A DNA stretch of 60,235 nt. Origin: Victivallales bacterium. Lineage in GTDB: Bacteria > Verrucomicrobiota > Lentisphaeria > Victivallales > UBA1829. The notes under the pieces were generated by a model. The model saw nothing but the letters and a program-made list of their open reading frames with translations. It had not been told where the DNA came from and searched no databases. Below, one piece after another: positions 28,071 to 38,345 of this stretch. Every line of letters starts with the position of its first letter. The stretch's first letter is position 1. Location: the NCBI GenBank assembly GCA_045594005.1, contig JAZNXT010000078.1:1-60235 (forward strand). Direction: 5' to 3'. The position numbers and the translations under genes were made by a program.

Positions 28071-29407
28071 TTTTTCACTCCCAGTTCGCGGTTGCGGATC
28101 TCGTCAAGGATGGAATCGCCGTAGATCGCGCGCATCAGTTTCAGATTTTCGTCGTAGAAAACTTGCGGATCGGGACGGGGGATCACATCGTGCCGCGCGC
28201 TGTCCAGCATCCGTTTCCGCCGTTCTCCATCGGTGCGGTAACTTTCCAGATACCGGACAAGGGTGCGGGGGCTGAGTTCTTCAAAAAATTTCTGCCCGAA
28301 CGATTCCACATAATCTGCCGCGATCACGGAAATCAGTTCCGGTGACGGCTGGTGCATCCCGCAGGAGATCAGGAAATCTTCGATCATTTCCTGACAGCGG
28401 ATCTCATCGAAAATAGGGAAGAGGAATCCCCTGCCGCGGCTGGAAATATTGGCGGGGAACTGCTGATTTGCGGCAATGGTGAAGGAAATATTTTCCGGCA
28501 GAGTGAATGCACCGCCCACCTGGGTACGGAAATCATACCAATCCATTTGCGGGACATCGATATCATCGAAAAAGACCATGAATCTGTGCTGCGGGAACTG
28601 TTCCAGCGTACGGATGAGTTTTTCCAGTCCGTGGGAAAGATCCCGCGGAGATGCCAGGATCAGGATGATCTCCGGATAATGCAGACTGTGGGAAATGGTC
28701 ATACGGGTTTTACCGAGTCCGGGCAGACTGCTGATAAGGAGCGGCAGATTGCTTTTTCCTGCGGCAAAAGCACCGAAATGATCCAGAAAAGTCTGCCGTG
28801 CGGAACGGTATCCGTAAAACGCATCCACACTGCGGACATCTTTCTGATCGATCCGGATGAAATTCCCGTTGTCATGCCGGAAAAATCTGCCACCGGAAAA
28901 AATATCGGCAGTGCGGTTGTATTGTTTCAGACACTCCATGAGGATCGCCGGAGTCTTGAGTTTCAGAAAGATGGAATCGCCGCAGGTGAGATATTTCCGG
29001 ACGGATGGACGGATCAGCCCGGCAAGATCTGTATGCGCGGTGACAAAATCCGGGAAAAGAGTTTCAAGGCTTGCGGCGACTTTTTTTGCGTGATCCAGAA
29101 AAAACGATTCATCGGAATCCGGATCATTGAAATTCCGTGTCTGAAAGGGTACAGATACACGCAGCAGCGCATGGATCAATGCTTTATCCAGCATGGCACG
29201 GAATCTGGTTTTTTCCACGGTCGCGGCAAGATCATTGAGCGCAGTTGCGGCAGATACCGGATCCTCCGATGTCATTGCCCGGAGCGCGGTATCCAATGCG
29301 GAAAGAAAGGAATCTTCTGCCGCTGCCGGAAAAAGAACGCGCAGCGATCTCTGCACCTGAAGGATCCGTTCTTTCATCACAGTGGACATGGCGTGTGTCT
29401 TTCTCAT
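28067..29407 (-). CDS. DUF815-like AAA+ ATPase with a long N-terminal extension
   Basis: Walker A-like SLPGLGKT, Walker B FMVFFDD, GG...PENI..TIAAN; start at 29407 overlaps the pcnB stop (ATGA). Confidence 0.7.
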   Translation of the reverse strand: MRKTHAMSTVMKERILQVQRSLRVLFPAAAEDSFLSALDTALRAMTSEDPVSAATALNDLAATVEKTRFRAMLDKALIHALLRVSVPFQTRNFNDPDSDESFFLDHAKKVAASLETLFPDFVTAHTDLAGLIRPSVRKYLTCGDSIFLKLKTPAILMECLKQYNRTADIFSGGRFFRHDNGNFIRIDQKDVRSVDAFYGYRSARQTFLDHFGAFAAGKSNLPLLISSLPGLGKTRMTISHSLHYPEIILILASPRDLSHGLEKLIRTLEQFPQHRFMVFFDDIDVPQMDWYDFRTQVGGAFTLPENISFTIAANQQFPANISSRGRGFLFPIFDEIRCQEMIEDFLISCGMHQPSPELISVIAADYVESFGQKFFEELSPRTLVRYLESYRTDGERRKRMLDSARHDVIPRPDPQVFYDENLKLMRAIYGDSILDEIRNRELGVKK

Positions 29408-30684
29408 TCTGCGGCGGTATCGGATGTGCCGCTGCCGGTATTGCTCCGGTTGTTGTGGTTTCTGCCGTTTCTGCGGCGGCGGTTGCTGCGTTTGCGTTTC
29501 GGCAGGAAATTGAGATTGGTCCTGCGTGGACACTGTTCTTCAAAATCGGGCATGTGCCACACCAGTTCATTCTGGATCGAAGCCAGTTCCCGGGCATTGG
29601 GATATGCTGAAGAATACAGCACCTTTGCCAGATTTTCCAGATTCCGCAGATCCATTTGCAGCAGCAGACTGCTGATGGCATGGGCACCATCCCGCCGGGT
29701 GATGGTATGAGGAGTCATCACCTGCAGGATCAGATCCCGCAAAGAATCGTAGGGATCTTCCACCGGACTCCATAGCTGACCGGGCAATCTGCCGGACTTT
29801 TTCTCCAGAAAAGGCAGGGTGAAAAGCGCGATCGCCAGAGAAAGACTGGACCGGTACCGTCCTGCACGGATCCGTTCATTGCGTTTGGAAAAGAGTTCCA
29901 TCAGATATTTGCCCTGCGGCGTATCGAACATCCGGTCGATCTCCGGCAGAAAATATTGCAGGAATCCGTACTTGCGGAACGCCATGATAATGGCATCGCC
30001 GTACGGATTTTTCAGGATCTTTTCCAATTCCAGTGTCAGACGGGAAATGCTGGCGTGGAGGATCATCGGCATACACCGGAACAATGCTTTTTCCGTATTT
30101 TCCTCCAGCGTGAAGCCGTATTGCCCCACCAGTTTCAATGCACGCAGGATCCGGACGGGATCTTCCTCGAAACGCAATGCAGGATCACCGATACTGCGGA
30201 CAAGTCCGGCGGAAAGGTCCGCCATGCCCATACCGGTGTGATCCACCACCTGATCGTCCACGGGATCATAAAAAAGCGCGTTCACAGTAAAATCCCGGCG
30301 GTGTGCGTCATCGTAAGAAGAACCGAACTCGTTGTCATTGAAGATCATGTGTTCCGGTTTCTGTGCATGGTTTCCGTGTATCAACACCTGATCTTCCTGA
30401 TCGGGCATTTTCCGGAAAGTGCTGATCTCCACGATTTCATTTCCGGATACATACAAATGAACCAGCCGGAAGCGTCTGCCGATGATGATACAGCGTTTAT
30501 CGCGGAAAACTTTTTTGACTTCTTCCGGCGTGGCGGATGTGGAAATATCGTAGTCTTTCGGTTCACGCTGAAGGAGAAAATCCCGGACAGCACCGCCCAC
30601 GATATAGGTTTCATATCCGGCAGCTTTCAGTTTGGAAACGATCTCGATGATGTAGGGAGCGGTTTTCTTATGTAAATCTTTCAT
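29404..30684 (-). CDS. pcnB: Poly(A) polymerase I
   Basis: VGGAVRD, PKDYD, PAP-specific IIGRRFRLVHL signature, RRDFTVNAL, EDPVRILRA; basic C-terminal tail. Confidence 0.9.
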   Translation of the reverse strand: MKDLHKKTAPYIIEIVSKLKAAGYETYIVGGAVRDFLLQREPKDYDISTSATPEEVKKVFRDKRCIIIGRRFRLVHLYVSGNEIVEISTFRKMPDQEDQVLIHGNHAQKPEHMIFNDNEFGSSYDDAHRRDFTVNALFYDPVDDQVVDHTGMGMADLSAGLVRSIGDPALRFEEDPVRILRALKLVGQYGFTLEENTEKALFRCMPMILHASISRLTLELEKILKNPYGDAIIMAFRKYGFLQYFLPEIDRMFDTPQGKYLMELFSKRNERIRAGRYRSSLSLAIALFTLPFLEKKSGRLPGQLWSPVEDPYDSLRDLILQVMTPHTITRRDGAHAISSLLLQMDLRNLENLAKVLYSSAYPNARELASIQNELVWHMPDFEEQCPRRTNLNFLPKRKRSNRRRRNGRNHNNRSNTGSGTSDTAAE

Positions 30685-30717
30685 GGTGCAGTCAAAAAAA
30701 CAATCCGGGAACAATTT

Positions 30718-32376
30718 TTATGGTTTGACAATGACAGTATCCACACCATCCAGAGCCGGATCGCGCTGCGGATAATCAGCATTGAAGTGAAGGCCGCGGC
30801 TTTCTTTGCGGCTCATGGCGGAATCAATGATCAGTTCTGCGACGGTCGCCATATTGCGCAGCTCGATCAGATCTTTGGTCAAATGAAAATCCCAATAATA
30901 TTTTTCGATCTCACGCTGGATCATTTTGATGCGGGTCTTCGCCCGTTCCAGACGCTTGTTCGTGCGGTAGATCCCCACATAGTCCCACATAAAACGCCGG
31001 ATCTCCTCCCAGTTGTGGGAAATGACCACCTGTTCATCGGAAATCGCGGCATCTCCGCTTGTCCAGAGAGGAACACGGACTTCATTTCTGCCCTGTTTGA
31101 GTTCGTCGATGTGGGCGGCAATATGTTCTGCGGCACCGTCGGACATGACCACTGCTTCCAGCAGACTGTTGCTTGCCAGACGGTTGGCTCCGTGCAATCC
31201 GGTGCAGGCTGTTTCCCCCACAGCATAAAGTCCTTTGATCCCGGTCCAGCCGTTGGTATCGGTTTTGATCCCGCCGCAGCTGAAATGGGCGGCAGGGACC
31301 ACGGGAATGGGTGTTTTTGCCATATCCACACCGGCTTCCATACATTTTGCATAGATATTGGGAAAACGCTTTTTCAAAAATTCTTCCGTATGGTGGCGCA
31401 TATCCAGATAAACACAAGCCTGACCGGACCGTTTCAATTCGTTGTCGATGGCGCGCGCGACCACATCCCGTGGAGCCAGACTTTTCATTTCGTGATAGTT
31501 CTGCATGAATTCCACCAGTTCTCCGGAGGCGTTCATGATCTTCAATACACCGCCTTCACCCCGCAATGCTTCACTGATGAGGAAGGATTTGACTTTCGGT
31601 GAAAAAAGGATGGTGGGGTGGAACTGATAGAATTCCATATTGGCAATGGGTGCGTATGCACGGTATCCCAATGCCACACCGGCACCGCAGGAGCCGTCCG
31701 GATTGCTGGTATAGAGGTACACTTTTCCGCATCCGCCGGTGGCAAGAGTGGTGGAAAGTCCTGTAAATGTTTCCACGCGTTTTGCGGCAGCATCAAAAAC
31801 ATACGCGCCGAGGCATCTGTTTTCCCCGGACAGCCCCAGCCGCCGCGTGGAGATCAGATCCACTGCCACATGATGTTCAAAAACTTTGATCCGGGGATTG
31901 CTGCGGCAGGCTTCCACCAGCGAGCGTTCCACTTCCGCACCGGTAATATCTCCGGCATGAAGGATCCGCCGTTTCTTATGACCGCCCTCTCTGCCGAGAT
32001 CGAATTCTTTTTCCCCTTCTCCATCCCGGGATTCGTATCCCATTTCGCCGCGTGTGGTGAAATGCGTCCCCAGATCCACAAGCCACTGGATCCGTTCCGG
32101 ACCTTTTTTCACGATATTCATAACGGATTCCGGATTGCACAAATGGGCACCGGCGGCAAGAGTATCTTCCAGATGTTCTTCAAAGGTATCGTTTTCGTGG
32201 GTCACGCAGGCAATACCGCCCTGTGCCATTTTGGTATTGCAATCATCGATCGCTCCTTTGGTGATGACTGCGACGGAACCGGTGGTCTTTTCTGCAAGCA
32301 TCAATGCCGTGGAAAGTCCTGCCAGCCCGCTGCCGATCACCAGATGGTCATAATAAATTTCTTTGGTCGCGATCAT
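30718..32376 (-). CDS. nadB: L-aspartate oxidase
   Basis: IGSGLAGL, AQGGIA, REGGH, QFHPT, LISEALRGEG, HGANRLASNSLLE. Confidence 0.95.
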   Translation of the reverse strand: MIATKEIYYDHLVIGSGLAGLSTALMLAEKTTGSVAVITKGAIDDCNTKMAQGGIACVTHENDTFEEHLEDTLAAGAHLCNPESVMNIVKKGPERIQWLVDLGTHFTTRGEMGYESRDGEGEKEFDLGREGGHKKRRILHAGDITGAEVERSLVEACRSNPRIKVFEHHVAVDLISTRRLGLSGENRCLGAYVFDAAAKRVETFTGLSTTLATGGCGKVYLYTSNPDGSCGAGVALGYRAYAPIANMEFYQFHPTILFSPKVKSFLISEALRGEGGVLKIMNASGELVEFMQNYHEMKSLAPRDVVARAIDNELKRSGQACVYLDMRHHTEEFLKKRFPNIYAKCMEAGVDMAKTPIPVVPAAHFSCGGIKTDTNGWTGIKGLYAVGETACTGLHGANRLASNSLLEAVVMSDGAAEHIAAHIDELKQGRNEVRVPLWTSGDAAISDEQVVISHNWEEIRRFMWDYVGIYRTNKRLERAKTRIKMIQREIEKYYWDFHLTKDLIELRNMATVAELIIDSAMSRKESRGLHFNADYPQRDPALDGVDTVIVKP

Positions 32377-32538
32377 ATTTTTTCAACAACTTTCTGTTGC
32401 AATTTTCTCTGAACCGGTGTAAATTACCCGTTAAGGGCGGAAAATGCCGATACACTCTGTTTTTATAACATACCACAAAAAAGGTATTTTTCCAGTAAAA
32501 AGCATAAAAAAGGCAAAATAAAGATCGGAAAAACAAAT

Positions 32539-34530
32539 ATGATGAAGACTGATACGGAAAAATATCCGGAAAAAAAAGATGCGTTCCGGATCTCGCGGAA
32601 GCGGACATTGATCGAACTGCTGATCCTGACGGCAGGCGGGGCATGTATGGCACTTTCTTTTGCACCGGTGAATTTTTCCTTTTCCGCGTGGTTCAGCGTG
32701 ATCCCGCTGATCTGGATCTGTGCAGGGCGCACCTGGAAAAGATCGTTTCTTTACGGTTTGATCTGGGGATATGTATGGCACTTCTGCGGCACATTTTTTT
32801 TGCGGGAGATCAATGGGTGCATCCCCTTTGTTTTTGCGCTGGTGCTGGGGCTTTTCAATGCCGTATGGGCGGCAATGATCCCGTTCCTTTTCAAAAATCT
32901 GCTTTATCCGGCAGAGATCCGCAGCAGTGATTTCCGCACCCGTGAAGCCTTCCGGGATTATCCGGTGATCGGGGAGATCTGTGCCACATTTGCTCTGGCA
33001 TCCTTCTGGATCCTGCTGGAATGGCTGCGTTCCTGGATCTTTACCGGATTCCCGTGGAATCTGCTGGGTGTGTCCCAATGGCAGAATATCATGCTGATCC
33101 AGATCGGGGAATACACCGGGGTATTCGGTATCTCCTTTGTGGTGATCCTGATCAATGCGGCGGCGTTTTTTGCCATTCACGGATTCCGGTACAGTCTGCC
33201 GCAGGGAAAATACAAACGGCCTTATCCTTTGATCATCGCCATTATCGTTCTCATTGCATCTCATTCACTGGGAACAAGTCTTTACAACAATGCCATGCAG
33301 ATGTATCAGAAAGATTATTCCGAAATTGCAGTGGGTGTGGTCCAGCCGCATCTTTCCCAGCGTCGGGAAGGGACATCCCGTCAGAGCGATGAAGCATTGA
33401 AAACCTGCAGGATCCTTACAGAAAAACTGCTGGATGCCGATCGGCAGCGGCGGGCTTTGCGGGCGAATCACGGACTCGGTCCGGAAGCGGCAGGATTGGA
33501 AAATATTGATTCCACTGAAGCAAAAAAAATGTTGAAGGAACTGGATCTGGTGGTGTGGCCGGAAAGCGCGGTACCCCGTTGTTATTATGAGATGTACGAT
33601 TATGAAATGTATGTGAAAGAAGCAAAACGCAAGGGCGACCGTCACCGTGTTGCGGCATTGGAAGGTGGAAAACCTTTTGGTGCGATCTACCGGGAAACAG
33701 TACGCGGTCTGCTGAAAGATCTCAACGGCAAGCCGTTGATCCTGGGGACATTGACATTCAATGAAGAACCGGATGCAGGCATGTATAACTCCGCCCTGAT
33801 GCTTAAAGACGGCAAACCGGAAAACAGCAAAGATCATTTTTACGATCAGGCAGATGTTTATTCCAAGGTCCATATCGTCCCCTTCGGTGAATTCATCCCC
33901 CTGGCATGGAAATTCCCCGTGCTGGATAAATGGCTGGGATTGGGCAGAAGTCTGGCTCCGGGCAAAACATTCCACCCTCTCACGGTGAAAAAAGACATCC
34001 GGGCAGGTGCGCTGATCTGTTACGAAGATGTTTTTCCGTACACGGCGCGGGGACAGGCGCAGAACGGTGCCAATTTCCTGCTGGTGATCACCAACGATGC
34101 GTGGTATCCGGAAAGTTCCGAACCGGAACAGCATTATATCAATTCCATTTTCCGTACAGTGGAAACGCGTCTGCCTATGGTCCGGTGCGGCAATTCCGAT
34201 TATTCGGTGCTGATCTCCCATTGCGGGGAAACGGTGGATGCTGTGGTGAAACGGTATGATGCCGACGGCAATGTGATCCTGAATCCGGGGATCAAAAAGA
34301 GCGAGTCCGGTGTATTTCTTGTGCGGGTGAAAGATACTCCTGCGCAGACATTTTACACACGGTTCGGCAATGTTTTTGTACTGCTCTGCGGTTTCATTTT
34401 TCTGCTGTGCGGCGGAACAGCCGTTTTTCAGGCATATCTGACATGGCGTCGTGAAAACGATCCCCTCCGCAGTGAACTGGAACGGGTCCGCAGTGAATTT
34501 CTGAACAGCGAAGATACCGGGAAAAAATAA
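32539..34530 (+). CDS. lnt: Apolipoprotein N-acyltransferase
   Basis: EWLRSWIFTGFPW, catalytic E-K-C in WPESA / YSKVHIVPFGE / ICYED, TNDAWY. Confidence 0.93.
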   Translation: MMKTDTEKYPEKKDAFRISRKRTLIELLILTAGGACMALSFAPVNFSFSAWFSVIPLIWICAGRTWKRSFLYGLIWGYVWHFCGTFFLREINGCIPFVFALVLGLFNAVWAAMIPFLFKNLLYPAEIRSSDFRTREAFRDYPVIGEICATFALASFWILLEWLRSWIFTGFPWNLLGVSQWQNIMLIQIGEYTGVFGISFVVILINAAAFFAIHGFRYSLPQGKYKRPYPLIIAIIVLIASHSLGTSLYNNAMQMYQKDYSEIAVGVVQPHLSQRREGTSRQSDEALKTCRILTEKLLDADRQRRALRANHGLGPEAAGLENIDSTEAKKMLKELDLVVWPESAVPRCYYEMYDYEMYVKEAKRKGDRHRVAALEGGKPFGAIYRETVRGLLKDLNGKPLILGTLTFNEEPDAGMYNSALMLKDGKPENSKDHFYDQADVYSKVHIVPFGEFIPLAWKFPVLDKWLGLGRSLAPGKTFHPLTVKKDIRAGALICYEDVFPYTARGQAQNGANFLLVITNDAWYPESSEPEQHYINSIFRTVETRLPMVRCGNSDYSVLISHCGETVDAVVKRYDADGNVILNPGIKKSESGVFLVRVKDTPAQTFYTRFGNVFVLLCGFIFLLCGGTAVFQAYLTWRRENDPLRSELERVRSEFLNSEDTGKK

Positions 34531-34619
34531 ATTTTCCGGTCTTGAAAAGCGGCAATTTTATAGTATTGTAAAAAAGATGGATCTGCTGAATGGAAAATTC
34601 AGCATGGAAAGGATACGCA

Positions 34620-35525
34620 ATGGCTGAAAAAAAATCTGCTGACTCCTCCTCTTTGCAGGATAACAGCAAAAAGAAAAAATTGAATCTCACCGGTTTACAG
34701 AAAGTCTGGATCGCCGGCGCATTGCTGTTCCTCGGCATCAATCTGGTGCTGATGTGTATTTTCGGTTTGAACACGCTGCTTTTTACCGGAAACGATCATT
34801 TTCTGCTCCGGGAGATCGTGATTGCGCCGCCGCAGGGATATATGTTCAGCTATTGGAATAATGAAAATTACCGGGACAAACGCATCGCAAAGATCTGTGA
34901 AGATCTGCAGCTGATCCCCGGAAAAACCAATCTTTTCAGTCTGGATCCCGGAGAATTGCGTAAGATCATGACCGGAAAAAATCCGGAGATCCGGAATATT
35001 GAGATCCGGAAAAACTATCCCGATCAACTGGTCTTTTCCATTCAGGAAAGTTCCCCGTATCTGAATATCGGCGGAGGAAAATGCCTGGACGATCAGTACA
35101 GAGTCGTCAGTATGGGCAGATTCAAAGATCTGTCTCTGCCTCTCTTTCTGGATCCTTCGGAACCCCGCTTGAAAAAAGTGCAGCCCGGTGATGAATACCG
35201 CACAAAAACAGCGGAATTCGCATTGGAACTCACCCGGCATCTTCAGGAAAATTTCCCCCGGATCCGACCGGTGCGGATCGAACATGTTGAAAAAGATCAT
35301 ACCATGAAATGCCTGATGGAATACGAGGATCATGTGTTCCGCGTGGAATTGCCTTATCCGGTCAAAATGGACGATCTTTACAAAAATAAACTGCCTCAGC
35401 TTCAGGACCGGCTCCGCACTCTGCACCGGAAACAGGAATATTCCGCAGTGATCCTGCTGATCTACAAAGATCCGGTCGTCAAATACAAACTCCCGGAAAA
35501 AACAACGCCGGACAAAAAAAAATAA
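34620..35525 (+). CDS. Bitopic membrane protein, FtsQ/DivIB-like (POTRA)
   Basis: Short basic N-tail, one TM, then F.LREI, NLFSLD, PEIRNIEIRKNYPDQL.F.IQE resembling the FtsQ POTRA domain. Confidence 0.55.
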   Translation: MAEKKSADSSSLQDNSKKKKLNLTGLQKVWIAGALLFLGINLVLMCIFGLNTLLFTGNDHFLLREIVIAPPQGYMFSYWNNENYRDKRIAKICEDLQLIPGKTNLFSLDPGELRKIMTGKNPEIRNIEIRKNYPDQLVFSIQESSPYLNIGGGKCLDDQYRVVSMGRFKDLSLPLFLDPSEPRLKKVQPGDEYRTKTAEFALELTRHLQENFPRIRPVRIEHVEKDHTMKCLMEYEDHVFRVELPYPVKMDDLYKNKLPQLQDRLRTLHRKQEYSAVILLIYKDPVVKYKLPEKTTPDKKK

Positions 35526-35546
35526 ACTGATGAAAGTATCCACCCC

Positions 35547-36266
35547 ATGAGCTACATTGTAAAACGCGCCACCGCACCGGTCGCCCTCAACGGCGATTTT
35601 GACAACGATCCCCAGTGGAAAAATGCCAATACCATCACCCTTTCCAACCGCATGTACCGCAAGTACAATATTTTTATGAAACTCTGGCGGAAGATGACCG
35701 GTGCGGAAGAACGGGAAAAAAATGATCCCTATTGTCCGCAGACAGAACTCAAACTGCTCTACGATGATAAAAATATCTACGGCCTTTTCCGTGTGAAAGA
35801 CCAGTATGTCCGCGCCACTGCGGCAAAATACGGCGATCAGGCGTGCGTGGATTCCTGTGTGGAATTTTTCATCCGCCCCGCAAACAATGTGCGCTATTAT
35901 AATTTTGAATTCACCGCCGGCGGATTCATGCTCCTTTATAATGTGACCGATCTGCGGAAGAAAAAATATTCTGCCGTCAGCGAAGAAGATTGCAATACCG
36001 TGGAACGCTGGCACGATCTGCCCGCGATCATTGATCCGGAAATCACGGAACCGACCACTTGGCATCTGGGATTCACCGTTCCCATCGCGCTTTTTGTGAA
36101 ACTCGGGGATGATGTGGACGGAAACCTTGCCGGTCAGACCTGGACAGCCAATGTTTACAAATGCGCGGAATTCACCAGCCATCCCCATTGGTTCACCTGG
36201 CAACCGATCCCGAAACTGGATTTCCATTTGCCCGCGTTCTTCGGCGATATCACCTTTGAGGCGTGA
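35547..36266 (+). CDS. Carbohydrate-binding family 9-like protein
   Basis: PQTELKLLYD, DSCVEFFI, YYNFE, ANVYKCA, DFHLPAFFG. Confidence 0.8.
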   Translation: MSYIVKRATAPVALNGDFDNDPQWKNANTITLSNRMYRKYNIFMKLWRKMTGAEEREKNDPYCPQTELKLLYDDKNIYGLFRVKDQYVRATAAKYGDQACVDSCVEFFIRPANNVRYYNFEFTAGGFMLLYNVTDLRKKKYSAVSEEDCNTVERWHDLPAIIDPEITEPTTWHLGFTVPIALFVKLGDDVDGNLAGQTWTANVYKCAEFTSHPHWFTWQPIPKLDFHLPAFFGDITFEA

Positions 36267-36275
36267 TCCGGCACT

Positions 36276-37562
36276 ATGACTGATATGGATTATACCGCCC
36301 ATTGGGTACGGAATGTGGTGCTGCTGTGGGCATCACAACTGCTGATCCTGGCGGGGTTCGATGCCGCCATGCCTTTCGTGCCGCTGATGCTGCCCGATCA
36401 ATTCGGGATCACCGGTGAAGAACAGAGAGGGATCTTCGTTTCCATCTTCACCTTTGCCGGAGTGATCGGATACGCCGTTTCTTCTCCCATCTGGGGAAAA
36501 CTTGCAGATAAATACGGCGTCAAGATCATGCTGATCCGCGGCACATTCCTGCCCTGTTGGGCGTTCCCGCTGATGGGATATGTTTCCAATATCTGGCTCT
36601 TTATCTTCCTGCGGTTCTTCACTGCGTTTTTCGCCGGGACCACTGTGGCATCCCAAATGCTGCTGGTGAAAACCACTCCGGAAAATAAACAGGGTTTCGC
36701 TCTCGGTGTGTTGAGTACCGCCATCTGGGGCGGAGCCGCTCTCGGAAATGTGTGCGGCGGGATCATTGCAGACCAATTCAGTTATCAGGTGGCGTTTTCC
36801 AGCTGCGGGGTGCTGTATTTCATCGCAGGGCTGTTCATCCTCTTTACTGCCGATGCTCCGAAAAATATGATCAAACCGCTCCTCGCGGGAAATCAGATCC
36901 GGAAAAAAGAAACCGTTACCACGCTCCATAAATACCGCCATACGCTGGTGCCGGGATTCACCCTCGGCGTGTGGCTGTGTCTGACCGTTCTCTTCCTGCT
37001 GAACCTGGTGCGGCGTTTTGATGTACCATACGCTCCCATGATGATCGAAATGATCACCGGCCCGGAAAAAGCTGCATATTGGACCGGTATGGTCAATGCC
37101 GCTGTGGGGATCGGTGCATTGCTTTCCGGCGTGGTGACCGGTTATCTTGCCGACCACATCCGACCCCAGCTGATCATTGTGCCCGCATTGCTTTTAAGCA
37201 CGATCCTGCTGCTGGTTCAAGCATTTACCGGAGATCTTTTCATCTTCGGCAGCGCAAGAACACTCACTTATTTTGCCGCAGGCGGTCTGGCGCCCGTATT
37301 TCAGAAGATCCTCGCCGGAGCAACTCCCATCCGGAAACGGGGAATGGTCTTCGGATGGGCTGCCACTGCCGGAAATCTGGGCGGGATGTGCGCCACATTC
37401 ATCGCCGGAGCTGTGATCTATGCCGCCGGAACACGCGCCACATTCATCGCCGCCGCAATCCTGACTTTCCTGTTCCTCCCCGTATCATTGCTCATGATCC
37501 GCAGAACCATGCGCCAGCCTTATTATCTGGCTCATGCGCATAAAGTTAAAAGTCCAAAGTGA
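36276..37562 (+). CDS. MFS transporter (MdtG/DHA1-like)
   Basis: SPIWGKLADKYGVK motif A, about 12 TM helices. Confidence 0.9.
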   Translation: MTDMDYTAHWVRNVVLLWASQLLILAGFDAAMPFVPLMLPDQFGITGEEQRGIFVSIFTFAGVIGYAVSSPIWGKLADKYGVKIMLIRGTFLPCWAFPLMGYVSNIWLFIFLRFFTAFFAGTTVASQMLLVKTTPENKQGFALGVLSTAIWGGAALGNVCGGIIADQFSYQVAFSSCGVLYFIAGLFILFTADAPKNMIKPLLAGNQIRKKETVTTLHKYRHTLVPGFTLGVWLCLTVLFLLNLVRRFDVPYAPMMIEMITGPEKAAYWTGMVNAAVGIGALLSGVVTGYLADHIRPQLIIVPALLLSTILLLVQAFTGDLFIFGSARTLTYFAAGGLAPVFQKILAGATPIRKRGMVFGWAATAGNLGGMCATFIAGAVIYAAGTRATFIAAAILTFLFLPVSLLMIRRTMRQPYYLAHAHKVKSPK

Positions 37563-37595
37563 CAGTATCGGGGGGGCTGTATCACACGCCCGCTC

Positions 37596-37624
37596 TTGAC
37601 AAAAAAAGAAAAAAGGTGTATATT
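37596..37624 (+). promoter_or_regulatory. Putative sigma70 promoter
   Basis: TTGACA-17 nt-TATATT. Confidence 0.65.
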
Positions 37625-37668
37625 ATCTGCCGTGATTTTCAAGAGATCAGCGAAAGGAAAAACGGACG

Positions 37669-38175
37669 ATGAAAGTGATCAGCAAACAACGGAACAGCCG
37701 CATGTGCGCGATTTGCGGTCTGGATAATGATTATGGCGTTCAGGCACCGTTTTACAATATGGAAGACGGCAGCGTGATGACGCTTTTTCAATTCAAATTT
37801 CATCACCAGAGTTATCCCGGACGGGTCCACGGCGGATTGATCACCGCCATGCTGGACGAAGTGGGCTTGCGGGCTTTGTGGGCTGCTCATGGCGTGGAAG
37901 ATGATTTCGGCGTGACCATGTCACTGGAATCCAAATTCCGTCAGCCGGTGCCTTATGAAACAAAACTCATTGCACAGGGAACGATCCTCACCGACAGCAG
38001 AAAATTCTTCACCATCGATACAAAACTCATGGATCTGCGGGGCAATCTTCTTGCCAACGGGATCGTGAAATATATCAAACTGCCGGTAAACCTGATCGCC
38101 GAAGGTGCCACGATCCACGAGGAGATGCCTTATCTGGTGGAAGACGGCGTGAAAGAGATCAATTTTGAAGATTGA
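37669..38175 (+). CDS. PaaI family hot-dog thioesterase
   Basis: CAICGLDN.YG, HQSYPGRVHGGLITAMLDE. Confidence 0.9.
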   Translation: MKVISKQRNSRMCAICGLDNDYGVQAPFYNMEDGSVMTLFQFKFHHQSYPGRVHGGLITAMLDEVGLRALWAAHGVEDDFGVTMSLESKFRQPVPYETKLIAQGTILTDSRKFFTIDTKLMDLRGNLLANGIVKYIKLPVNLIAEGATIHEEMPYLVEDGVKEINFED

Positions 38176-38199
38176 TCCCCTGTTTTCAGAAAAAAACAG

Positions 38200-38240
38200 A
38201 CGGAAAAAGTGGAAAAAATCCATTTTTTCCGTTTTTTTTT
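38200..38240 (+). terminator. Intrinsic terminator
   Basis: ACGGAAAAAGTGGA/TCCATTTTTTCCGT stem plus T-run. Confidence 0.65.
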
Positions 38241-38345
38241 GCGCAGAAAGTTTTTTTTATTGTTGATTTTCACTTTCTCCGTGTTATTGTACCCATAGAA
38301 GATGAACTTCACGGAACCATTAACCAATGAGAAGGAGACTTCAAC

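Noticed and set aside
27534..29407. RADAR-like defence system (AAA ATPase plus adenosine deaminase)
   Set aside because: The deaminase is a small canonical CDA-fold TadA, not the large amidohydrolase-fold RdrB, and the context is housekeeping.
29404..29533. Apparent 130-nt overlap of pcnB with a Gln/Pro-rich N-terminus of the ATPase
   Set aside because: An ATG at 29407 overlapping the pcnB stop explains the junction; the Q/P stretch is an off-frame reading of the PcnB tail.
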